Source: Utricularia gibba
Lineage: Eukaryota; Plantae; Magnoliophyta
Direction: 5' to 3'
Assembly: GCA_002189035.1 (NCBI GenBank)
Contig: NEEC01000027.1
Coordinates: forward strand, 248,001-312,000
Length of the DNA stretch: 64,000 bases
Each line of letters starts with the position of its first letter. Position 1 is the first letter of the stretch. Made by a program: the position numbers and the translations under genes. The notes under the pieces are model-generated. The model did not search any database. It saw only the letters and a program-made list of their open reading frames with translations, and was not told the origin of the DNA. Below are positions 36,770 to 47,600 of this stretch, piece by piece.

Positions 36770-37524
36770 TTAATTTGGGGGATTCGGATTTGAATCCGGC
36801 CGAACAAGAGGATCGTTGGAAGGCATTGGAGAAGAAGATCCAGTTGTTGAGAGCAGGTGCACCAACGCGCTCATGGCCCGAACCTACAAGAAGGTTTCAG
36901 CAGTCGTATCCTAAGTGCGCGATGGTAAAGTAGGCAATTGTGGGGGTGCAATTAATGTACCTGCATTTCCAGAGCGGGTATATAGTCGATAGTTTCTTCC
37001 AAAGTGACATGGAGAGGCTGTTTACGGCAACCGGGAATCAACCTTCTCAGAAGCCTGGCGCTTCGCTGGAAAGCCGGTAAATCCTTGGATTTGAAGGAGG
37101 AGAGAGTAGGATTGGATTTCTTGGTCATCAACCGGCGGTTACCGGTGGCTGCCAACCTCGTCAATTTACGCTGCTGTGACACCACAGTATTTTTCTTCAA
37201 CAACTTCGGCTTCACGCCGCTGGCGAAAATGGCTCGGCTCCATCGCGAGCGGCCTTTCGCCGTCCTCGCCAGTGCGTTGTTTGCGGCGTCGCGCACGCGC
37301 TGTTTAGAGGAAGCGCTGCCGCCTGTCATCCTGAGATGACGCAGCGCTTGGGATAGTTTATGTGAGTAAATTTGTAGCCGAGCGTTTGAATTCCATTGAA
37401 TGGACGATTTCTCGAGGAGAAATCCCGACTGATTTCCAGTTTCCTTGTCCAACTTCCTGCTCCTTGCTGATGAAGAAGTCTCGGAATTCACCAATTGATT
37501 TCGTGAAGACAGCGGCAACGTCAT
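36770..37524 (-). CDS. Atypical non-DNA-binding bHLH (AIF/bHLH147-150, IBH1-like), ~225 aa, 2 exons
   Basis: QWNSNARLQIYSHKLSQAL, VRDAANNALARTAKGRSRWSRAI, LRRLIPGCRKQPLHVTLEETIDYIPALEMQ|VRAMSALVHLLS. Intron 36960-36884 (GT-AG) restores the conserved LEMQVRAM motif. Confidence 0.88.
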
Positions 37525-38554
37525 ATTGAGAGTTGAATCAGTAGGATCTGAATAACCAAATCGAGAGAAAAAGTGAGTAGATCCAGAGACGAACGACGCA
37601 CAAACCACCACCTAGAATCGGAAAAATCCGATTGCTTTACAGCATCCGCACAACACACGAATAAAAGAACACACAAATTTCAACGGGCGACACAACCGTT
37701 CTCATAATGGCACGGATTCAAATCACGCCGATGATCACCTGAAGAAGCGAGCAAAATCGCAAGCCTGGCAACACGAATCTCCGATCTGGGAGAGAAATCG
37801 GCGAGAACTGAAGCCGGTGGTTAAAAGCGAAAAGAGCCTTAAAAGGAGATTGTCGATCAGCGGACGAAACCGCCAAAGGCCAAGTCACAGGTAGTGGTCT
37901 GATGATCTTCAACGCATCCTTTATATACGACGGATGATAAGCTCATGCCACATCGAATTACTGCTGAATTTTCGCATTTAATAAATTTAAATGGTTCCGT
38001 TTTGTTGGGTCGGCTGTTGCCTTTTGGGCCATGTGCCATGTGCCATGTGGTGGATTTAGCCCAAAAGCACCACACGTCCCATTCTCATGTGCGTTTCGGG
38101 TATCGGCTGCTCCCTTTGTCTTGTCGAGCTTTTCCCTAATCATTAATATTTATTATTTTAATTACGCTAATCATGTCTACAAGAGTGGGTGTTATTGGCA
38201 CCATGTGTCCGTCCCATGGGGCCGCCTTCCTTAATCATGAGATGGTCCACGCGAAAGATAGGGGACAGTGTTGGTTTTAGCCTTTAGTTTCAGTTCTCAT
38301 TTTAAAAGCTGGGCTCATCAATTGAACCAATTAATGCCACCGTCCATAATTTTTATAATAAATTTAACCGGATTAAAATATTTTTAATTTTTAGTAATTC
38401 ACATAATTTTTTTATAAAAAGCATTAAATGAAATTAAAAAAATTGTGTATTCAACACTAAGAAATAAACTATGTTTAGTGTTGTGTATGTGGTCGGGCTT
38501 CGGTGTGTCGCGTCCAGTCGGTCCAGAGCTCAATAGAATAGAACTCAATTGGGT

Positions 38555-38596
38555 GGCCCAGAGTATCTGTCCAGTCGGCCCGACGCCGAACCCTAA
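38555..38596 (+). promoter_or_regulatory. Site II (TGGGCC) plus telo-box-like AACCCTAA promoter module upstream of the snoRNA cluster
   Basis: GGCCCA at 38555-38560 and AACCCTAA at 38589-38596. This combination is characteristic of plant snoRNA and ribosome-biogenesis promoters. Confidence 0.6.
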
Positions 38597-38864
38597 AATT
38601 CCTCCTCCTCGTCAGTCAGAGTCATTTCTATTCTCTCTTCCTGAACCTGAACCTGAACCTGCGCTGTTTGCATCTTGAGAACTTTGATGAGATCTGCCTC
38701 TTTGCGGAGAGTCTGTTTCTCCGAAGATGCTACGCATTCGTAGTCTATTTCGTTTCGTGTCTGAAATGGAGGTAGGGAGACTTGTGTCGTGAGTCAGGCG
38801 AGGCGAATAATGCGCCTGCTGTGATCCTGATCCAAGTTTTTCTCTTGTGAGTGCGTTCTTTTGC

Positions 38865-38940
38865 GTCCCGATGATGGCATGGAATCTTTGAGACCTGATT
38901 GTCCACTTGACGACGACTATAAGCAGTTCGTCTGAGGGAC
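38865..38940 (+). ncRNA. snoR66: Box C/D snoRNA, snoR66-like, predicted guide for 18S rRNA Cm38
   Basis: Terminal stem GTCCC/GGGAC; C box ATGATGG at 38871; D' CTGA at 38895; D CTGA at 38932. The guide AATCTTTGAGAC (38883-38894) is a 12-nt complement of the conserved 18S GUCUCAAAGAUU, and the D'+5 rule gives C38. Confidence 0.88.
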
Positions 38941-39019
38941 CGAACTAAAAAATATATTATGATTTTGAGAACTTCTTGCCCTGTCCTCCTTTTTCGTGGT
39001 TGTTTTTCTGTTCGCTGAA

Positions 39020-39093
39020 ATGATGATTGCACTGGGCTCTGAGCAGTAACTGCACCTTTTGATGCACAACGCAGCCTAGAAAGCTATATCTGA
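39020..39093 (+). ncRNA. snoR118: Box C/D snoRNA, snoR118/SNORD88/snR76-like, predicted guide for an LSU rRNA Cm (yeast C2197 equivalent)
   Basis: C box ATGATGA at 39020; GCACTGGGCT followed by D' CTGA at 39039, complementary over 9 bp to the conserved 25S GCCCAGUGC; D box CTGA at 39090. Confidence 0.7.
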
Positions 39094-39403
39094 TCTCTTT
39101 TGCGTTCATCATTGTATACCAACCTTCAGTGTACCTGGAGACTTCGACCTTGCAGTGGGAGGGGAAACTTGGGGGTTTGGTGCTTAAGTGCATCAAGTGT
39201 TCAAAAAATTACCGTTATTAAGTACATACCTCGGAAACAAACCCTTTCAGGAATCAGGATATTGAGCTGCTAACAATTTATCTAAACGCTACTGTATGTT
39301 AATAGGACAAAGGCTGTTACGTTCAAAGAAAAATTGTTCATAAAAGCTAATGTTTCCAAAACTGGAAGGGCTGTTGTTGATCCCGGGAGGTGTGGAGTGG
39401 TGA

Positions 39404-42400
39404 TCAGCGTGCAGGCGTTGAGAAGAAGATGACAGCAAAGTAGACCAGGAAACCAGCCACCAAGATGCCTGCGTAGATGTAGTTTTGAGAGGGTGGTTCT
39501 GGGAATTTGTATTGAATGCTACAGCATTTCATCTTCTCCCTCTCGGTCGCCAAAATGTGATCCACATACCTGCAGACAGACCCCATAGTCATGGGTGGAA
39601 TTTACCGGTACAGAATGGAGTGCACGGTTTAATCCAAAAGGAATGCTAGTCATTTTGATAAGAAACATGCTCTCAAGATCAAGTGTTATTCTGATGGTGA
39701 TTTCCAAAATGATGCAACGAAAAGGTGGGATTTCAGGGGCAAGGAAGTTGAGAAAGACGTACTGATGAGTGAAGATGGAGCTTTGGTGGATCTGAGAACT
39801 GTTCAAGCGTGCCTCTTCCAGTCTGTGATCATATAGTAGGGCAGACAGGTCCACAAGCTGCTCTTCCAGGTTCTGCCAATGTTTGGAAATGCTGATTAAT
39901 AACTAAAGCTTCACACTACTTATATTTGCCAAGGGAAGGGAGGGACGCCTACATCCAAATATTTCTCTATGCCGTCGACTAGTTCATGAGGGAATGGCTG
40001 CGGCAAGTTTGTTTTCTTCTTGTAGAATTTCTCCAGCCAGAGCTCAGCTGAGGTCTTGTTTTTTCTACCCTTCACTGGCTCTCCCAGAGGAGTTTTGAGG
40101 TACTCTACTGCAAAGGATTGGACAGCCTGGGAGGAAACACATGGTATCACGTAAATGTTGCAATCCAACGCAGGAAAAGTAGATGGCATGCTGGTGCCCA
40201 AGAGGTAACATAAAATGAACCACCAAAGACATGAGACTTGAACTCTATTCTGCAGAATGTAACGGAACTCACATTCGATATGTCTCTAATTCGATGAAGA
40301 GCGCCATCAACTTGGGAATATATCTGGTTCCTCTGGAATATAAGTTAACAAAAATTCCATTATTTGTCAATCCCGGTGTTCAGAAAAGTGAAACAAGTGG
40401 ATTGGGCTGGAGGTAATATTTACCAAAGCAACGTCTCTGAGCATTTGGCTCAAGCGAGAAGTGTTTGAAAAGGGTCCGAATGGATGACATCCAGCTGCCA
40501 AGAGCCAATTCACCACAGGCCTCTCATGAACATGTGAAGACTTTTCATATGGCGCACCCAATCCACCTACAACAGAAGCCAAACCAGCTATGATATGACG
40601 CTGAGCCTGCGAAGGTATGGCATGTCTTCGCTCCAACTCGGAGACATAACTGTCCAGATGGAAGACAGAACGAAAGAAATAAAACGTTAAACAAGCCATT
40701 AACTTTCTCGGACTATCAAGCAAAATGACACCGAGAGTCATGGATGTCTGCAATTTGGAATGCTTTGTAGTCACCTTAAGGGAATCTTCTCGCTTTGATG
40801 CTGAAGCACAATAACAACATCCTTACTCGTCCATACAAGACTATCATCTTCCATCATGAGGTTTTGATCCACATCAGCTAGAGATAGAACAAAACTGCAA
40901 TAAAGAAGTATGAGCCGACATGGAAGAGTTATTGGAAGTATTTTTTCAGCAATATAATATGCATTCAAATCATAATAAAAATGAAAGGATGAACGCACAC
41001 TGGAACAACTCTCGTTCCATAAGTTCGGTACAGGTCTCCATTCTTTTTTTGATCAGATCTCTTCTTTCCCTTGTATAGTTTACTGCTTGAACCATGAGAT
41101 GCCCAAAGAGGTTTGTTCTTTAATATGGAGTCCCCAGCAGCATCATTTTCATCCATCCATGTCTTCAAAAACAACATTTCCATGACAAGGGGAAACATAT
41201 TAATCACATACCAACAGGGACAACAACAGTGCGAAAATCTTTTGTTATCACATTCAGGACACTATACTAACCTGGCGAATGAAAAATCTATTTGAAAGAT
41301 TTGGATCAGACACCTCGAGGAGACCAGCAGCAAGGACATCAGCAGATCGTTCCATTTCCTGCAATGATTCAAGATTTGTAACATTTAATATTGATGATAT
41401 TATGCATGTAGTCAGTTCCCCGATGTGTGCAGAGGTGCTTGATCAGGGGGCATGAACATTTTTATATTTATTCAGAATAAAGTGCATTTATATGGCATAG
41501 AAGTTAAAGAAAGGCACCTCCTTAAGAATTGCTCCATCTAAGTATGTCTTGGAATGAACATGAAATCGCCCATCATTTCTTGTTTCTTGAAGAGAGTGGG
41601 CCCTCATTGCTTTAGAGAGTGCAATGGCCAATTTCTCATGGCGATGTAGTGGATGCATACCCCTAACTATTACCACTTCCTGCTCTTTATGAACCATCTT
41701 CCTGACCTGAAGATTGTCATTAAAACTACAAAATAAATAGCATTCCTAGCATAACAGCAGATATCACAAACCATACAAGGAAATCTGAGAAACCCATTCT
41801 AAACAGCCAGAGACAACTGATCAAATTTTATGACACAGAAGACCATAACAACAGCACGCCAGAATTCAGTCTCACCTCAGCCTCAATGGCTCCAACATCT
41901 ATACTAAAATTCTGGCCTTTGTCCATGATATTGTATCTGTTATGATTCTGAAGGGCAATGATTGGCACAAGCAACCTAGTGGTCATATCAACGGTTTCAA
42001 ACCTGGTAGAAGGTAGAATAAAGCCAGCAGGTAAGATATAAAAAAAAATCAACCACATGAAATGCAAGGACAAAATGTTACGCCTGTGTTGGTTGCCATG
42101 ATATGCACACCTAAGAGCTGAGATTATCATAAACATCAGCAAAAAAATTATACCTAATATCTGGAGCAACGACATGCTCTACTGTGGTTGAAATTACAGC
42201 AGCTAAACGTCCGAGAAAAACATCATGGGAAGGAAGTCCAGCACCTGAAACTGGTCTATGGAACAGCAAATTCTGCAAACGAGGCAGTGTTCTAGGATTC
42301 ACACTCCCTTCTTCAGTTTCAATCTTCCCATATGTACAAGGTCCAGCTGAGAGGTCGATCACTACAAATCTGGTTGCAGGTTTTATTTTTTTAAAAATGC

Positions 42401-43811
42401 TACTCTCTCTCTTAGAAACTACACAGATCATTATTTCGCGGATCTTCTCTCATACCTGCCACATCCAAGCCAGACCTGAGATGCACCACCCCCGTTATAC
42501 CTGTACCTGTATATGTAACCTCCATCTTGATTTTTCAAGTCCTCCTCATTCAAAGGAGGAATTTTCGTATACATCAAACTTCCAATATCAATATCCTTAT
42601 TTCGAGGATCCAATCGAACCTGTAAAATAGGATTTTGGTAAAACAGGCTTTTAACACTATTCTGCAATATGCACTTTATGTGCATTGAAATGACTCTTCA
42701 GACAATTAAATCAATAATAAAGTGATTTATATTTCTTGCCTTATCTGTGTTCACCACAAATAATGCAGCTGGCTGTTGTCCATCCATTTCTTGCCCATGT
42801 TCAGAATCAAACAAGTAAGAATAAAGGTTCTCAAACTCAGGCTCAACAGCTGTTGCTTCCACCTCAAATAAAGGAAGTTCCCTGCCAAACTCTGCCTGTA
42901 TGCTATAACGTTAAAAGATTTCCAAAGAACTCCGAAAACATTGATCTTCAAGGGAAGATGGATAATAACGTGTTTTAACCTCTCTTGCAGTACCAGCAGG
43001 AACCATGGCAGTTTTGATTGCGAGCTCCAATGCTATCAATTGAGCTTGTCCAGCCTGTAAGAAAAAATAACCATGACCAAAGGAGATACGCATTCTTTTC
43101 CTGAGTTAAAAAAAAAAAAGGAGTCATTTTAGCTCCATTAAAACAGAATAGGTATGCTTACCGAGAATACATTAAAGATTACATGATGCTCAATATCTAG
43201 TGGCTGGCCAGTTTCTAAGCAGGATGGTCTGTGGGTGCGAAAAGCCACTCTCAAAAGCTCTTCTAGCCTTTTAGAATCCAACTCATATCTGTAGCCACCG
43301 TCACCATCAAAACCTATAAGAACCACATTGACTTCTAAGGGGACTTGAAACGGAACCTGCCAGACAACGAGGGGCGAGACCAATATTTAGTACGAAAAAG
43401 TAATGCTCTTGACAAGAAACACAAAGCCTGCCAAAGATATACACCCAGCCATTGAAACCATTCAGAATGTTTCATAATACTTAAATGTGACTAGCAACAT
43501 CAGCAAATATTGATTTCCATATTAGGTAACGGAGAGTGCAATTAGCAGTCAGAAGTTGTCTCCGCGCAATTCACTTCAATAAATCATGAGGAACCCAAGA
43601 AACAGTGATACGCGATACACACCTCTGCACGCGTGTGGAGCATCTGACGAACGTCTGATCGGACAGTATCCTTAACATCATGAAATGCCCCATGGTGCCA
43701 TGTCGGATGCCCTGGATCTCTACGATAAGCCTGTGGCGCAGATTCTGCACATAATATCCAGCTACTCAAAAGCAAGCCGATCAAAAACCATGAAACTTCT
43801 GTGCTCTTCAT
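39404..43811 (-). CDS. Conserved uncharacterised plant secreted/single-pass membrane protein (~800 aa, 16 exons)
   Basis: Signal peptide then YRRDPGHPTWHHGAFHDV, VPFQVPLEVNVVLIG, YRYRYNGGGASQVWL, VVIDLSAGPCTYGKIETEEGSV, NWLLAAGCHPFGPFSN, and a C-terminal TM (GILVAGFLVYFAVIFFS). Exons are in frame, including one GC-AG intron. Confidence 0.9.
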
Positions 43812-44633
43812 TCTAGCAAAAACAACACGGATCTCAGGAAATTCAAGGCATCGCTGGGAGCATAGCTTGTTCTTCTTGAGTTCATCAGTAAACTAAAATT
43901 CACGGGGCAGTTCTTTTCCCGTCCGCTTCCTCGGCATTGTCGAGCGTGACCAGTAGGACTAGCGAACCATGGGTTGAATTCCATCCCTCCCATCATATTG
44001 GGCTGGGCCTTCTTCAAATGTACCCTCAATACCAGAGCCCAAGTGACGGGCTGAGGGGCTCCATAGTTAATACCAGTAACTAATTTTTATTAATCGTGAA
44101 AAATAATAATTATTTACAAGAATGTTTAAAAATCACGATTACATCATGCTGCTAATACTTTATGATAAAGATTAAATTAAATTCAAACTACTTTAAAATA
44201 AAGAAAATACATTATTATCAAATTACGATTCAATCATAATTCTAACATAATTTAATTATATTTTATTTTTTTTAATGAAAAATATAAAAACGAGCAGCAG
44301 ATCTTTATGACAACACTCACCCCAACTTGAGGTGGGTGGGTGACTAAAGACAACCAAACATTTCAAGAATGGAAGGTCAAAATTTAGGGCAACCCACAAG
44401 AGGGGCACACCTGCGCTGCAGTATCACGTTACAACAAGGAGAGGTCATGACACAGCCAACTGGATTTGATGCACACGCCTCGAGCAGATAAAACAGTGAA
44501 AATCTGCTTCCTGATGGGGGTTGAGCTGTATTATCCTCTCTGTGCTTGCTCTTTTCCCTTCTCTTGTCATCCCGGACGCAGCTTGTTCTATACCCACCGG
44601 TGATTGATGGCCAGGAATTTCAATGTTAGTCAA

Positions 44634-47600
44634 CTATTGTAAAAGTAGACAAGAGCTGCTCACGGATATTTCGGGTGATGAGGTGGGCATCAACAAAGGA
44701 TGGCCCTCACCGGATTTCGTATCATCAGCAGACTCATTTAGCTGATCATGAAAGCTGGATGGTGACACAGGATGCTCAGCTTTGAGCACTCTATGGTCAT
44801 TAGAACCAGTGGGCTGAACAGTTGAGCCTTTTGGAGGAACAACTTTCCTGTCTGGTCGGTTATCAATGTCTACGACTTGCTGTTGGCCTGCTTGAATTTT
44901 GCTGGATACCGCTGCCTCACCAAGAGTTGAACACGGGGCTGCAAAAACGCCTTCTCTAGGCTTTGCTCCATTTGGAGCACATTTTAACCTCTTTAGTTGT
45001 GAATTCCCTTTTGAAACTAATTTGCGTTTCAAAGGTAACTGTAGAAGTCCATCGTTCTCGTCATCAGCATTTGCTTTTCTTGGAGGAGGTTTGTACTCAT
45101 CATCGTCATCATCATCAACAAGTGCGTTGGACCTTCCATCACAATCGTAAATTCTGATTAAGGTTGCTCTCACTGGAAAAAAAAAATTAGAATTTGGAAC
45201 GGCAGAAATACCTCTGGGGTGAGCTCCACCCATTCTCTGAGACAGAAGATTCAGATGCACCACGATCAGCATTTGACGCATCCTCCTCGTCACTGGAGGA
45301 AAAACAAAAAGTGAATGGATTGACAAGGGATTTATAATAAAAATTAGAGAACTACGAAAGTGAATAAAAGAACCTGTCCTCGTTAAAATAATCCTCCTCC
45401 TCTTTCTCCATGGCCCGCTCATCATGCTGCTTCTTTTGATCTCCAGAAGCGTTGCTTGTTCTTGTATCAGTAAACTCTGTCAACTGAGAATGCCAGATGT
45501 GTCAAAAGAACAAAAAAGGAAGGATCCAGGAGGCAAATGGATACCACCTGTTCATATTTAACTTTTAGCGCACAAATTGAAGGTAATTTTCCAAATCTGG
45601 AAAGTTGATCCCAGAAAGTATCAACGAGGTACCGGACCAACACTTTCAAATTTTCCTGCAGGACAATTTTAAGATGAAAGATGAAGAGGCGAGAAATAAA
45701 ACATGAACAAAATAAGTGAATCAAAGAAACGATCCAAGGATACTAAAGAACTAGGCACCTTTCTCATGTACTCAAAGAGGTCAAGTGCAGCAGAATTCAG
45801 AAGGTTGTACCGATCACCATTAGCAACAAATATTTCCACAATTGGCTTAAACAGATTGTTCCTGGCCATGTGATTCATTAAGTACTCATCCTGCAGATGT
45901 CCGTTTAAAATATTGATAAAATGCCAAAAAGATGATTTTAACCACCAGAGGCAACTATATCGAGAAGACTTGGGTAAACAAGAGAATTCAACTTACGCTG
46001 AGAGATAGAAGAGCCCTCACAAATCGGATGGCAGCAAGTACAAGATACTTTTCTCTTCTTCTCGTCAAATACAAAACTTTCTCAATTGCATTATTGAGGA
46101 GAAAACTGCATCTGAATTTCCAAAAAAAAATATTAGTTTCAAAATACGCCTAAGAGTTGTTTCAACAAATGCAGTAATTAACAGGTCAGATAAATTACTT
46201 TATCCAGTAAGGATGATGTAACACACAAAAGCACAGCAGATCACAGACGCTCAACAGTATTTCAGGCTTTACGCCACCTTTCTTCCGTGATCCCTCACCC
46301 AAGCTCATGGCTGTACATTCTTTTTCATTTTCACTTTTTGGTAGGCATGATGATGTTATTGCATCAATTAATTGGCCTAAGTGCTTATCATAAAAAATCT
46401 CCACCACATTTTCCTTCTGAAACAAGATTGAAATAATTAAGTTAATCAAGGCAACGAATATAATAAAAGAAAAAAAGGCTGGCTAAAACTATGGAAAAAT
46501 GAGAATATATACGCCCTTGCAAGTGAGCATGATAACCAAGTTTTGCAAGACTTGCATACCAGTGGTCCTTGTGTCATTGGATCTAAAAGACTGCGAAGAA
46601 TTTCAGCATATTGGTAATGCATATCATCCCCTAAATCTCTAAGCATATTCTTCACCTTTAAAGAACAGGGTTGAGAATGTTACATTTCGCATTTGAATAT
46701 AATACACAGAAAAAGAAAAACATTGCACAACACCTTGAGAATCATATTAAACAAACTTTTGTAGAAGATTATGAAGGAAATGTCTTATGAAATTCATTAT
46801 CTCAAAGGAAGGGCATGTACCAGCAAAAGGTTACCGTTCTTGAAAATATGACGATGTGCAATATGAGAAAAAACTCTGGGATTTTCTTTTTAAAATATCA
46901 TAAGCGATAAATAACATCAGAATTGGCTACAGATTTTGCCACGTAAACAACACGTTCCATGATCCACTGTAATTAACTAGAGGACAGCAGCCTCACATTT
47001 ATTGTCCTGAAGAAGCTGATTCAAGCTGATAAAACCACAGAATCCGATTAACTCACCAGCAGTTCAAAAAGGCCAACTTCCTGCTGAGTTACAAAGGAAC
47101 GTAAAATATTGGGATCTAGACTCTGGTAAAGCATAAGGATGTCTGTTCTGCAGTCATTAAAAATGAAATTGCCTTCTTAAGGATAGATTAATCACACACC
47201 AGAACAAAAATGATCAGTAAAAATACTAATTAATTTTCTTACCCAATCAAAACAAGTTTATGGTCATCACTTCGCAAAATGTCAGATATGATGTCAAAAA
47301 TGCCTTCACTGACAAGATCCCTGCATAAAGGTTAACTGCTTATCCCATTCAAAGAAAGGATTTGGAGAGAGCCAAACAGCTGAATGGTAATGAAAGGAAA
47401 TCAGTACCAACAAAGATACCTGAAAAGGCGATGTTGAGTCGTCATCTGCAGGCTCTTAGGGTGCAGAATTCGTGTAAAAAAAACACCTGTTTTACACCAT
47501 CAGGACTATAAATGAAATGACTATACTCACTTTGTTAACTTTTACATGAAAACGTTCACAAGTTTTCCAATGTAGAAAAAGGATCAATCATATGCATCAT

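Noticed and set aside
45133-45211. Apparent premature stop in the last PP4R3 exons if the first strong TTCCAG acceptor (45174) is used
   Set aside because: That intron would be only 38 nt. The AAG acceptor at 45133 gives a 79-nt intron and restores [20 protein letters not shown].
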